Shown: piece after piece, positions 20,519-31,408 of the stretch
How the letters are laid out: each line of letters begins with the position of its first letter
Numbering within the stretch: position 1 is the stretch's first letter
NCBI GenBank assembly: GCA_000004985.1
Contig: GG738862.1
DNA: 64,000 nt
Direction: 5' to 3' (one strand)
Source of the DNA: Naegleria gruberi
Taxonomy: Eukaryota
Translations under genes and position numbers: made by a program
The notes under the pieces: generated by a model
Seen by the model: the letters and a program-made list of their open reading frames with translations, nothing else
Told to the model about the DNA's origin: nothing
Database searches by the model: none

Positions 20519-22330
20519 ATGGCACAACACCTATCCCCTGAAGTGCTTTTTCACATTTTCACAAATTTTTCATCACCCGACCAATATTTAAATGGTTTAA
20601 TGCTCGTTTGTCGTGATTGGTACGAAGTCACCAATTATGAAATGTTCTGGTTGGCAACTCTTAAGAATTTAATGAAACAACAAATACACGATTGTAAAAA
20701 CAATGAAAATTTTGAAACCCTGATTGATACCTCTCGTACCAATATGGTTGTTAAACAATCGGATATTGTGAAGGAGAGAAAGAATTATTTATCAAGTATT
20801 GAAAAGAGAGAAAAAATTCTTGTCATTGATTTGAAACCATTCACAAAGAGGAGAGAAACCAATGATGATATTTATGGAAATTCGTATAAAACCAAGAGTG
20901 TTCAATTCATTAGGGAAAGGAGAAGGAGATTAGTGGTTTTGGAGTTGGCTCAAATTGCTTCCAAATTTGAAAATGATATTATTGACCCTCACATGTTCCA
21001 AAATGATTGGGAAAAGATTATCAATCAGATTGAGAATAGCAAGTATTATGATAAGAAGTTTATTGCAAATTTGGGAGTTTTCAATTCTTCAACAACAATT
21101 TTTCACATATTTCTCAAACAATTTCAGGTGCATTTCCATCGTGGAGGTGATTTTGATTTTTTAGATAGAGTTGTTTCATTCTTTTTATATGATTGTGAAC
21201 TTTCTGTTTCTTCATACATGGAACATATTGTAAAAACTAGTGGTTTCAATTCGTTCTTAAAAGTAAGAGAGAACAAACCAACAATATTTGAGAGATTCAA
21301 GAATGAATTTTATTTTACTGGAAAATCAGGCGTACCTGCACACTTTTTGAGTTGCGTTATTAGCAGCGCCGACCTGAAAGACGAAATGCATTTTGAATTT
21401 ATCAGAAAATGCATTGAACTTTTCAAAACTAAGAAATTGCTAAAATTCAAAGAGAATATGGTAGAGCCATACATTACTGAATATATGCAAGCAATAATTC
21501 CAAATTGGATGACAATGGAACTCTATTTGAATGATATGAACATGCTAGAGTGTAAAGGGGTCAATAGTTATCTATTTATTCATGAACTTTGCCAAAAGGC
21601 ATGGTATCTTTCACAGGAAAACAGCAATTCTATAGTTGCAGAAAACTTGAAGAGAGCCAACAAAGAATTAGGCCTCAAATTAGATATTCCTATTCCACGT
21701 TCGGTAACTAATAGATCGAACATTGAAATTCTAAAGGTTTTAGTTGAGAATGGTGCTGATATCAATTCTCCACCACCCACATTAAGTGATTCCACACAAA
21801 GTTACCACATTGGAGTCCCTCTTGCAAGAATTATTTATAATTGTTACACTTCATCGAGAACTGAAGAAATTTTATACATGATAGAGGAAGGAGCAACTCT
21901 ACCACCAATGGATACCCCAATGCCAACCCCTTTCTACGAATCATACACATATGCTGATATTTTTGATTATTATTTCGATACTGAGGAGAACAATTTTTTG
22001 CCAACTTTGAAATTACTTGTGGAAAAGTTTGGAGCTAGATTTACAGGAGCTGTTCCAGTTATTGAAAATGTGAGATACGCTAGTAACGCAATAACTTTTT
22101 CTGGATTATGTGAACTATTGCGTTATTTGAAACAAGTCACAACAATGAATAAGGAAATAATTTGCACACCTCTGACTTACATTTATTGTGATTGGGGACG
22201 ATCTATTGTAAAGGATGATTTGGATAAGAAGGAACTATTCAGAGAATTTTTGGAAAATGAAATGGATATTCACCTAGTTGAAGAAATAATTGAGGAACAC
22301 GTCGAGGTCGAGGTTACACAAGATGAATAA
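20519..22330 (+). CDS. F-box-like protein with an ankyrin-like segment, 603 aa
   Basis: The N-terminus LSPEVLFHIFTNFSSPDQYLNGLMLVCRDWYEVTNYEMFW is F-box-like. The ILKVLVENGADINSPP segment is ankyrin-like. Confidence 0.65.
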   Translation: MAQHLSPEVLFHIFTNFSSPDQYLNGLMLVCRDWYEVTNYEMFWLATLKNLMKQQIHDCKNNENFETLIDTSRTNMVVKQSDIVKERKNYLSSIEKREKILVIDLKPFTKRRETNDDIYGNSYKTKSVQFIRERRRRLVVLELAQIASKFENDIIDPHMFQNDWEKIINQIENSKYYDKKFIANLGVFNSSTTIFHIFLKQFQVHFHRGGDFDFLDRVVSFFLYDCELSVSSYMEHIVKTSGFNSFLKVRENKPTIFERFKNEFYFTGKSGVPAHFLSCVISSADLKDEMHFEFIRKCIELFKTKKLLKFKENMVEPYITEYMQAIIPNWMTMELYLNDMNMLECKGVNSYLFIHELCQKAWYLSQENSNSIVAENLKRANKELGLKLDIPIPRSVTNRSNIEILKVLVENGADINSPPPTLSDSTQSYHIGVPLARIIYNCYTSSRTEEILYMIEEGATLPPMDTPMPTPFYESYTYADIFDYYFDTEENNFLPTLKLLVEKFGARFTGAVPVIENVRYASNAITFSGLCELLRYLKQVTTMNKEIICTPLTYIYCDWGRSIVKDDLDKKELFREFLENEMDIHLVEEIIEEHVEVEVTQDE

Positions 22331-22852
22331 ACTATTCCTTAATTTCAAAAAGTAATGGTATATATTAAAAAATTAAACTAGACTAATTGCTAGTGACAAA
22401 CCATAAAAAGCGAAAACAAGGATAAATTAATAGTCCTGGTTCAAACGCTTAATTTGAGGGGTTACACTCGAAAAGTGTCGCCAATTATTCATAATATTTG
22501 GCAACTCATTCAAAATTCTATCAAAAAAAGCATCAGAAAGTAACAATTCTTGAATCTCCGAAAGATTAACAACAGAGAAAAACAACCAAGTCAAACCTCC
22601 ATTATATTGCCTCATTCCCAGAAATTGAAAGTTTGAAAAATGTAATACCAAATTGTAATTCAATTTATCATTGGAATTCCAACTGAAGAAGGCAGAAATT
22701 CTTACACCACTCCATCCAATCAATGACTCACCTTCTTATAACAAAGTTCACCATATGGTATTTGACTGGATTGAGGTTCTATTGATCACGATAGAGCATT
22801 AAACGATTAAGGCGGAAACAACCGTTTGATTATTTTTTAAGATATTAACGTA

Positions 22853-22925
22853 GCCCGTCTAGCTCAGTCGGTAGAGCGCAAGGCTCTTAACCTTGTGGTC
22901 GTGGGTTCGACCCCCACGGTGGGCG
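22853..22925 (+). tRNA. tRNA-Lys (anticodon CTT), 73 nt
   Basis: The sequence gcccgtc-ta-gctcagtcggtagagc-g-caagg-CTCTTAA-ccttg-tggtc-gtgggttcgacccccac-ggtgggc-g closely resembles canonical eukaryotic tRNA-Lys(CUU). An identical copy lies on the minus strand at 52967..53039. Confidence 0.9.
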
Positions 22926-23007
22926 TTTCATATTTTAAATATTTTAAATTCTCATTTATTTCTTTCTTGCTCCAATATTGTTTTTGTAATAAGAAATCTA
23001 AAGATTG

Positions 23008-23304
23008 GAACTTGTCAAAAAAATTTAAACGTTTATTAATCGTATGAACCCGACGGGTTCGTCTTGATGATATTACGAATATTAAATAATAAATTCTTTC
23101 TTGTTGGGATTGCTTTGTTCATTTCTTGTAACTCTGTGGACACAAATACTTGGCTTGAACACCCTATGCTGGAACCCCGGGTAGTATAGGGTACGGTGAC
23201 TTAACCCGACGTAAGTATTGCGGCAACACACTGTGGTCTCAGGGTCAACAGTGTAGTTACTGGGTGGTACGACATTTTTTTTGAGACGAACTTGTCAAAA
23301 AAAT
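23008..23304. mobile_element. 263-bp GC-rich island bounded by 17-bp perfect direct repeats (gaacttgtcaaaaaaat), 83 bp downstream of tRNA-Lys. It is a candidate truncated tRNA-gene-targeted retroelement (TRE3/RED-like) or a Pol III ncRNA gene.
   Basis: The direct repeats are at 23008..23024 and 23288..23304. The interior is far more GC-rich than the flanks (ggaaccccgggtagtatagggtacggtgacttaacccgacg...). It contains the hairpin gaacccgacgggttc, a UGAUGA box and an 8-T run at its right end (..ggtacgacattttttttg). Confidence 0.3.
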
Positions 23305-23872
23305 GCCTCCACCAACTCTCTGCACTCAATGCTCATCACCAAGCAATCGGCTCATCAAAAGAAAAGTTTGTTTCTCGTGTTCAAAAGGTGTCGAGGAAGC
23401 TATTTGTTGTAAATATTGCCAAGTAACAGAAAAATCCGGTTTTACTTGTACACATTGTAAGAGGCTGAAATGTTTTAGTTTACATTTTGGATTTTATTGT
23501 TTTTCTTGTAGAGGAAATTGTTGTTCTGATTGCCAGAGAAAATTTGATCCATATTGCAGAAGCTGTCATTCACCAGTTTGCTTGGATTATTTGGAAAAGG
23601 AAAAGAAATGTAGTCAACCCTATTTCAAAAGAGTTTATTGTTTAAAATTGAAACATTTCTTTACACAAAAATCTCCAAATTGGGTTGCCAGTAAGAAGGA
23701 AAAATCGAATTGGAATGTATATGAACTTGTGTATGGGCACGATGATCATGCAAACTGTATGGTCAATAAGGTGGAGCACAAATTGGAATGTGTTTCATGT
23801 TGGAAAATTAAGAATAACTTGTGGAATGTGTGTGGAAAGATAACTTGGTGTGATCTTGTCATTATTTTTTAA
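23303..23872 (+). CDS. Cys-rich (multiple CxxC pairs; B-box or zinc-ribbon-like) hypothetical protein, 189 aa
   Basis: ATG-initiated ORF. The ATG sits directly after the right-hand 17-bp repeat. The protein has at least seven CxxC/CxxxC pairs (CTQC, CFSC, CCKYC, CTHC, CFSC, CCSDC, CRSC). Confidence 0.5.
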   Translation: MPPPTLCTQCSSPSNRLIKRKVCFSCSKGVEEAICCKYCQVTEKSGFTCTHCKRLKCFSLHFGFYCFSCRGNCCSDCQRKFDPYCRSCHSPVCLDYLEKEKKCSQPYFKRVYCLKLKHFFTQKSPNWVASKKEKSNWNVYELVYGHDDHANCMVNKVEHKLECVSCWKIKNNLWNVCGKITWCDLVIIF

Positions 23873-24051
23873 ATCATTCGAATATAATTAATTGGAAATT
23901 TACAATGAAAATATTGTAATCATCAGCACTGTGTAGCTCTGTTTAGAAAATTATGCAATCAGGAAAAGACTTGTTTCCATTTTAGACGTTTCTTACTCTT
24001 TCGAATACATTGTAAACAACTTTTTTCACAAGCCTTTGAATTAGATTCATA

Positions 24052-24987
24052 ATGGAAGAGCCTCGATTTTTGAATATTGATTGCATGTTCGGATTGCTCT
24101 CTCCTCATCAACAATACTCACTGCTGAATAATTTGATGATTAATTTGCATCAGGATAAACTCTCTGTGCAATTTCCAACAGAGGTTGTGCAAGATCGTAT
24201 TCTTACATTCTCAGAGGATAGAGTTGACTTTTATGTTTGTATGATGGTAATGAGAGGCTTGTTAAAGGAACTGGTTCACAGGGAAATCCTTATTAACAAT
24301 CAAAAGAGAACAGTGAAACAAGATGAATCATGGATTTGCTTTGCTCAAAAGCTTTGTTGTTTGGAGTATGATGACGGTGTGAAGGAAGGAGAAGTTTCTT
24401 ATGAAACCAGAAAGCTTGTTGCTGAATTGTACAATACCTTCCTTTGGAGACAAGTTCCTATTGATAAGAGTAAGCTCTCAAAAACTCTTCATAAGAATTG
24501 TAACTTTTATCATTGGTCTGCAATGATTGACTATGTGATGAGTAATGTTTTATTTAAGCATGTCACTCCAGGATTAGTAATTTTAGAGCATTGCTCCTTT
24601 GATGATAAGGGGGAATATCATAAGCATCAAGGTAAGTGTTATATTACTACTCATTGTTTTATTTAAATTAAAATAGTTGAATGGATAAAGAACAGAAAAG
24701 TTCGAAAAGATCTATACACCAAAATTGTTGCCACAACTTATGAAATTAATTCCTTTATTAAATGAAGACACAGATGCAATAGATTGCATTGCAAAGAAGG
24801 TTAATCATCTCCCACATCCAATCAAGTTCAGATATCAAGAACCAAAATGTGTTGTGTGTGGTAAAAATCTCAATTCAAATGTTCTCAATGTGCTGTTGAA
24901 AAATACTGCTCTCGTAATTGCCAAAAATCACATTGGAATCAACACAAATCCATTTGTAAACAATCCAAAGAAATAATTATAAATTAG
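24052..24987 (+). CDS. MYND-type zinc-finger protein. Two exons (24052..24640, 24696..24987). The C-terminal MYND finger is disrupted by an apparent 1-nt deletion in an A-run near 24877.
   Basis: A GTAAGT donor at 24641 and an acag acceptor ending at 24695 (55-nt intron) keep the frame. In the last exon, frame A gives PKCVVCGKNLNS, and after a -1 shift frame B gives KCSQCAVEKYCSRNCQKSHWNQHKSIC. Restoring one A yields a canonical MYND finger CxxC-x7-CxxC-x5-YCSxxCQxxHWxxHKxxC. Confidence 0.55.
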
Positions 24988-26840
24988 CGTACACTCTTAA
25001 TGGCCAATTTCACGATACTCATACCATCATGATCTAGTTCATCTAATTTGAAATAATTCAGTGCTCTACCATTCCTCTTAACACATTGATCAACAAAGTT
25101 GAAATCATTTCTAAATAAGCTATTTCTGGCTAGAAAATCGCTCAAATGATAAATAATTCGATTGCAAGCCAATATCACAAATTCTGATTTCTTCTTGTAA
25201 ACATCATCAAGATACACAAAGCATTCTCCATTTACCTCGAGACATCTTCTGATGAAATCTTCATCTTGCTTTAGATTCTTATTCAATTTTTCAAAAACTC
25301 TACAATTTTGTTGGATGGCAACCAATAAAAACTCTTTATCCTGCCTCAACTCTTGTCCCATATAATCAAAACAGGTTGCAAATTTGAAAAGCATTGGTAA
25401 CACTATTTCCTTTTTAGATTTGATTTCGGCACTGGCCAAATAGAGAGCCCTAGCAGAATGCTCTCCTGCCAATTTAACAACATCTATATCCCTCCATAAA
25501 CTTGGGTGCACAAACTCTGTTGCTTGCCCGTTTTTCTTTAAAGCCAAGAGGACTATTTCCTTGTCCTTTTGGAACTCTGAAGCAGCATATCTAAGTGCAT
25601 AACCATTTTTTGAAACTGCTTTCAATACTATTTGCCTGTCTTTCCTCAATGCAACTGAGCCAAACCTCAAATGTATACCATCTGCCTCAATAGCCTTTTC
25701 AATAATTTGTCTATCATTTGAAAATATTTTTTGGAAATAATTAATTGAATATCCATTTTGAGAAACAGCAAAAAGAGCTATCTCTCTATCTTTCAGTAGT
25801 GTTGGGTCTGCATATTGGATGGACATTCCACTTTGTTTAACAGCTTCCAATACTAACTCTCTGTCTAACTTTAAATTATTATCTGCATGTTTCAATAATT
25901 TACCATCGTGTCGAACAACTTTCATCATTATATCTCTATTTGATCTGAATGAATCATTGAAAAACCCAATAGCACCAGGAAATTCAAGCAAAAGATCCGT
26001 TGTTTTTAAATCCTCTCTTATACTGTTAGTAGCATATATGTTTTGACTAAGGGCTGCTCTTATTGTATCTAGATCATTTGACAGAGATTCATCCACATAT
26101 CCCAGTAGCAATCCATTGATATTTAAAGCTTCCAATACTAACTCCTTGTTTGACCTCAAAGATTGGTGTGCAAGTTTGAAAATTGAGGGATGTATCCTAG
26201 TACATTCCATCATTATTTCAGAATCCTCATTAATACTCTGTTTGAGCATTTTGCTCTCATAGCCATTAATATAATTGTCTATTTCACTAGGACATTTTCT
26301 TATTTGTGTGTAGAGATTATTCTTGAAATCTTCTGTAAACTCTGTCCTATTTCTAATTAGCTTCATATCCCAGTCTTTGAACTCTTGAGTTGCTGTTAAT
26401 AATGAGTTCACAGTCCAACTAACATATTGCCTTGATGATGGATTCTGTACAAATGCTTTAAAAACCACATCAAAGTCAGCTGAGAAATGAGGGGCGCTTT
26501 GCAATAACATTCCATCCAAGCCAACAGCATCCAAGGTAGCCTCTTTATCTTTCTGCAAAATTTCATATTTTGCATAAATCTTTGGATTCACCCTCACTGC
26601 TCTTCTCATAAAATTCAAATCATCTCTCTTCTCTTTAGGAATGTATGGTTTCTCCATATTTCTAAATGATTCAAGTAATAATTCCTCTTCATCTCTCAAC
26701 AATAAACTCAATTGAGGAATTGTCGGAATGAAATGTAATGCCAAACTGTTGATTTGAATTCTAGAATACAAAGCAGACAATTTTTCAGATCGGAACGATT
26801 GATCGAGTACAATAATCACACAATCATCATTTCTATTCAT
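24984..26840 (-). CDS. DUF4116-type repeat protein, 618 aa, paralog of 9376..10953
   Basis: Single ORF with about 8 tandem ~30-aa repeats (NRDIMMKVVRHDGKLLKHADNNLKLD / RELVLEAVKQSGMSIQYADPTLLKD / REIALFAVSQNGYSINYF...). Its 3' end abuts or overlaps the stop of the MYND gene on the opposite strand. Confidence 0.7.
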   Translation of the reverse strand: MNRNDDCVIIVLDQSFRSEKLSALYSRIQINSLALHFIPTIPQLSLLLRDEEELLLESFRNMEKPYIPKEKRDDLNFMRRAVRVNPKIYAKYEILQKDKEATLDAVGLDGMLLQSAPHFSADFDVVFKAFVQNPSSRQYVSWTVNSLLTATQEFKDWDMKLIRNRTEFTEDFKNNLYTQIRKCPSEIDNYINGYESKMLKQSINEDSEIMMECTRIHPSIFKLAHQSLRSNKELVLEALNINGLLLGYVDESLSNDLDTIRAALSQNIYATNSIREDLKTTDLLLEFPGAIGFFNDSFRSNRDIMMKVVRHDGKLLKHADNNLKLDRELVLEAVKQSGMSIQYADPTLLKDREIALFAVSQNGYSINYFQKIFSNDRQIIEKAIEADGIHLRFGSVALRKDRQIVLKAVSKNGYALRYAASEFQKDKEIVLLALKKNGQATEFVHPSLWRDIDVVKLAGEHSARALYLASAEIKSKKEIVLPMLFKFATCFDYMGQELRQDKEFLLVAIQQNCRVFEKLNKNLKQDEDFIRRCLEVNGECFVYLDDVYKKKSEFVILACNRIIYHLSDFLARNSLFRNDFNFVDQCVKRNGRALNYFKLDELDHDGMSIVKLAIKSVR

Positions 26841-27448
26841 ATTGTATATAAATATTCAACATATGTTACAGAGTAAATCTAATTGATTGTTATATTTTTT
26901 TCGAAAATATGAAAAAAGGCTTAAATATGATTATTCAATGTCCCAACAAGAAATGTGAGTTCAAAGTTAGCGAGTATCACGCCAAGTAAGGAAGTAATAA
27001 ATATCTTCCTAGCTGGGTGTATAATCCTTAATGAGTGGTAGCATAACAAATAATTGTAAAGTGGACAAATGAAATAATAATAAACAGCTGGAACTAGGTT
27101 TACAACATGAATTCACGTCCCTACCTCCTCTTGACCCTCATTTTCATTTTTCCCAAAAGTGCACTCACCATGTATGTTATTCATCCATTCAAGGCTTGAA
27201 ATATCTTCACATATTATCTATCTTACAGTATCATATTGTTAGATAATAACGGTTTTATGCCTTCTCCAACCACATAATAACTTACTGTCCCAGCTGTCAG
27301 CAACAATGCCTGGTCCATACTCCGAATCTTGAACACAATCAGTACTCCTTCGCCTGAGGTCAGGAGTATCTTGAGTGCTCTTCTTAACATGTTGGACCTC
27401 TCACAATTTTTCTCAATTTTTTTTCATAACATAAAAAATCAAAGCATC

Positions 27449-28450
27449 ATGAAGTACATTATTGCCGCAGTTGTTTGCTGCTTGTTGTTCAGCAGTGCTG
27501 TATTGGGTGCCGATGTCAATGAAAAGTTGAGAGCCAGTATTAACAAGGCTTCTGGATCAAGCTCCTTCGATTACTTTGTAAGTTATTCATGATAGGTGGA
27601 TTCTCACCATTGTTTTTTGGTATTATTCGTAAAATTATCTTCATCATGATGATATCTTTATGAACAAATATGTTGATCATTTTGTTGATAAATTATTATT
27701 AACGAACGGTTGACAAATTTACAATTTAATTAGGTTTTTGCCATGACATGGCCAGGTAATGCTTGTCGTCAATTAACTCCTTGCCAAATTCCATCCAACA
27801 TCAAGGACTTTACGTAAGTTTGTTAATGAATCATCATTTAATGATAACAATAATTATTTATCATTATCAACATTTTGCTAATGGATGAAAATGCAAATAA
27901 TACAGTATTCACGGATTGTGGCCTAGCCGTAAGACTGGTCCAATGGGTCCATTCTTCTGTGGAGGAAACTTTGTTTACAGCCAAATTCAAGATTTATTGT
28001 CAGACATGAACCAATATTGGACTGGTATGTTTTTAATGCATTGCATTTAATGTTTACATAGAATGTTAATTAATAGACTACAAGAATGAAATTCCATCCT
28101 TCTGGAGCCACGAATATGAAAAGCACGGTACATGTGCTGCTTCCTTGCCATCTCTCAACTCTGAATACAAGTTCTTCAAGGCTACTCTTGATTTGAGAAA
28201 GAGCATGAATATTCTCCCATCATTTGCTGCTGCCGGTATTGTCCCAAGCGATGGTCAATCATACCATATTAATCAATTGAAGAGTGCTATGAATTCTGCT
28301 GGTTATGGTACTCCTGCATTCTCTTGTTTCCACGGTGAAGAACACATTACTGAATTGAGATTCTGTACTGACAAGAATTTGAAGTTCATTGATTGTCCAA
28401 TTAGAGACCAATGTCACGATTTGGTTATGTTGGATGCTATTCACTATTAA
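27449..28450 (+). CDS. Secreted ribonuclease of the T2 family. Four exons: 27449..27577, 27734..27813, 27906..28024, 28077..28450.
   Basis: The signal peptide is MKYIIAAVVCCLLFSSAVLG. CAS I is FTIHGLWP, split across exons 2 and 3. CAS II is FWSHEYEKHGTC in exon 4. All three introns are GTAAGT/GTATGT...AG and phase-consistent. Codon usage is moderately biased. Confidence 0.9.
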
Positions 28451-28834
28451 TCAATTTAATTGACTATTGTTTTGCTGCATTGCAACAACTAATTTATTTA
28501 TTAATCAAATTAAATTATTGAATAAACAATCTATTTATTTAGACTATTTTTGAAGTTTGCAGAAAATCAAAGTGCATCATCCAATTTCAAACATTGGCAC
28601 TTTTAACCTTGTTGCGCTCCAATGGCAGTTTTTGAAATAAACATCTTCCTCTCTCCGAATACTACTGTCATAAGAGGCGTCGTTACTGTAGTATGCTATT
28701 ATCAACAAACTACGTTGCTACTGAAACCAAACGTGCTTTAAAAGGAATTGATTAAGTTTGAGTTCACATTTTTGAAGTCTGGTTGCTTATTGCATTCGAA
28801 AATTCAACTCTCACCTTGAATTCGGGTATTTAGG

Positions 28835-31141
28835 ATGACTTGTTATCACTCAACAAAAAAAATGGGCAAACTCCGCCTCTCAACAAGATTGTTTCAATCA
28901 TCATTATTTCTCCTACTCGTTTTGTGTGTTTTATCCAACCAACAACAGCTGCAACAGGAAAATTGGTATGACTCTTTGAGTGACAGTTGGGTGGATGCTT
29001 ATGTTTCATCTTATCTCAACGCATACATGTGGAAAACCTCATCTCTCGCATCTACAACCATTCAGTCAAGAGATGGTTTGATTCAATATTTGAGAGGAAC
29101 AAACCATACGGCTGGTCAATCGCAGCAGAGTGTGAAAATTGGGGTTTTATATCACAAGGTTGATTTGGAACATGTGAAAAACATGTGGCAACAGGTGAAG
29201 GAGTTTTATGGATGGACATCAGACATGGACACGTTCAAGTATTCATTTCTTACAGTAGATGACATGGATTTTACATGTAGACAATTTCATGCATTTGATG
29301 ATTTTGATATTGTCGTTACGAGTGAGGAATACTTTTATAAGATTGTTAGAGTTTTTAGAACAGGAAATAGGAAGGATAATGGGATTTGGTACACATACGA
29401 AGATTTTCAAAGTTATTCGATTGTTCCAATTAAGATTTTACAAATAGCAAAAGAACCGAATATCTATTCGATTGTCAATTATTTAGAATCTAGAATAGAT
29501 TCAAATTGCACTAATAGTAGTGTTATTTATCAACATGATAGCACTGAAGAAATCATTTACAAAATAATATCAAACTCTTTAAATGGAACTATTTATGAAA
29601 ATTCGGATTTTCAAAGATTTGTAAAGAAATTTAGTCCAAATTCATTAATATTGAGTTCAAACTCTGTGGAAGATTTGAAGTCACTCCTCATATCAAGACT
29701 AAATTACGGGTCGTCTTCATCAAATTATTATCAAAATTTCAAAACTTTCCTTCGACCAAATTGCACACAATGTCTCAATGATTTTTGTGCATCTGTCAGT
29801 TTCATACAGACTGATTATTGGATTGTTCCGAGTACAGTTATGGTAATTCTCTATTTTGCAGCTCTGTTTCTCTCCAAAGCTTTTCTAACACCTTCTATTA
29901 AGAGAAGATTATTGATTCCCTATCTTCCATTTATAATTGTTTATATTGAATCTCAATATTTGAGTCCAATTCTCAATTATTGCTCAAGAGGAAGATTGTT
30001 AATTCTTGGATTTGTCATTAATTGGTATCTCATAACTTATGGATTGACCATTATTAGATTGTACTTGTTGAGAAATATGTACACTTTGATTTCGAAATCA
30101 AAATTTTCAAATATTAGAATTCAAAAGATACTCTCAGGAGATTTAATAGGAATAGTTCTAACAGGAGGTTTATCTTTCCTAATTACCTGTTTCATTTCTC
30201 TTCCTTTCTATTTCGTTTTCCTCCCTCAAGATCAATACCTTTTCAGTAGCATCTTTATTGGAATAAGTGTAGTTTTGGGAAGTCTTTTGTCATTACTTGG
30301 AGTTGTTATTGATATAATTACCAATAGAAAAAAGTTCTCAAAGAAAGGTATCAGTTATTACATTTTCTTTGATGATCCATTCATGATAAGAATTGAACTC
30401 TTGTCACTTGCCATGATTACCATTCTTGTTGTAATTCTTGGAACATTGAATTTATATGGAATACCAGTAAGTTTATATTCATGTGAGTGACTCTAACTGT
30501 TGTCTTCTTTTTAACACCTACAGGATCCTGCTGAAATTCATTTGGAAGAATTCTTTAGATTTCTCATATTCGTTCTGGTTATCATAAATTCAGGAGGAGT
30601 TTTCACAATCAAATTCATCTTTTCAAAGATTATGAGAATTAACAAGACACATCATGAAATTTCAGATATTGAACAATTTCTAAAAAACGACGAGTTTAGA
30701 AACTTGTTACAAGAATATTGCAGAAAGGAAATGTCTCTGGAAAATATGGTTTGTTTCGTTCATTTGGAAGAATTGGAAAAGAATGGAGAAAAACCATTGG
30801 ACTTGGCAACAATGAAAGATTTTGAGAAGAATTACATTGAGAATAATGCAATTTATGAGATTAATATTGCTTCCTCTCTGAAAAAGTCATTTTATGATTT
30901 GATGAGAAGGTGTGAAAATTCAAGTCAGGTCAATAAGAGTGGAACTGAGCTTAGTCAATTTGGAGAATCAAAGGAAAATTTGAATGTTGATTCGTCACTT
31001 CCTAAAGTTAAAGAACTTATTGACCTTTTGAAAACTTCAATTTTACAAAATCTTGGTGATACTCTTTCACGATTAGAAACAACGAGTCAATTCAAGCATT
31101 GGTATGAAGTTTATAACATTCAATCCAAGAATCAAGTTTAG
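28835..31141 (+). CDS. Second signal-peptide / ectodomain / 7TM / C-terminal RGS-domain protein. Two exons: 28835..30466 and 30524..31141.
   Basis: It is paralogous to 2761..4899. Shared blocks include C-x-CLNDFCASVSFIQTDYWIVPS / PSIKRRLLIPYLP, and the RGS core is EYCRKEMSLENMVCFVHLEEL...IASSLKKSFYDLM. The GTAAGT donor is at 30467 and the acceptor cctacag ends at 30523, in phase 0. Confidence 0.8.
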
Positions 31142-31408
31142 GTAAGCCTTCATTTTCCTTTCCATTGTTGTGAATGGCAGCAAATCAAGTTTCGAATAAA
31201 TTTTTCACTTTGAAAAGACAAGATTGATACGTAACCACAAAGACACAGTAAGAATGCGTTCCATCCAATTTTGTTTGACACACATCAAATCACAACGCAG
31301 CTTTCAGTTAGAAAAAAAACATAAAAATGGTTTTCACACTTGTCTTTGGGTTTGTATTCATAAAATAAATATTCGAATCATGACTGACCTTTAAGTCTTG
31401 GAGAAAAC

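Noticed and set aside
22427-22723. 98-aa minus-strand ORF just upstream of tRNA-Lys
   Set aside because: It shows no domain, Trp/Phe-rich random-looking composition and no splice or start context. It is probably non-coding flank.
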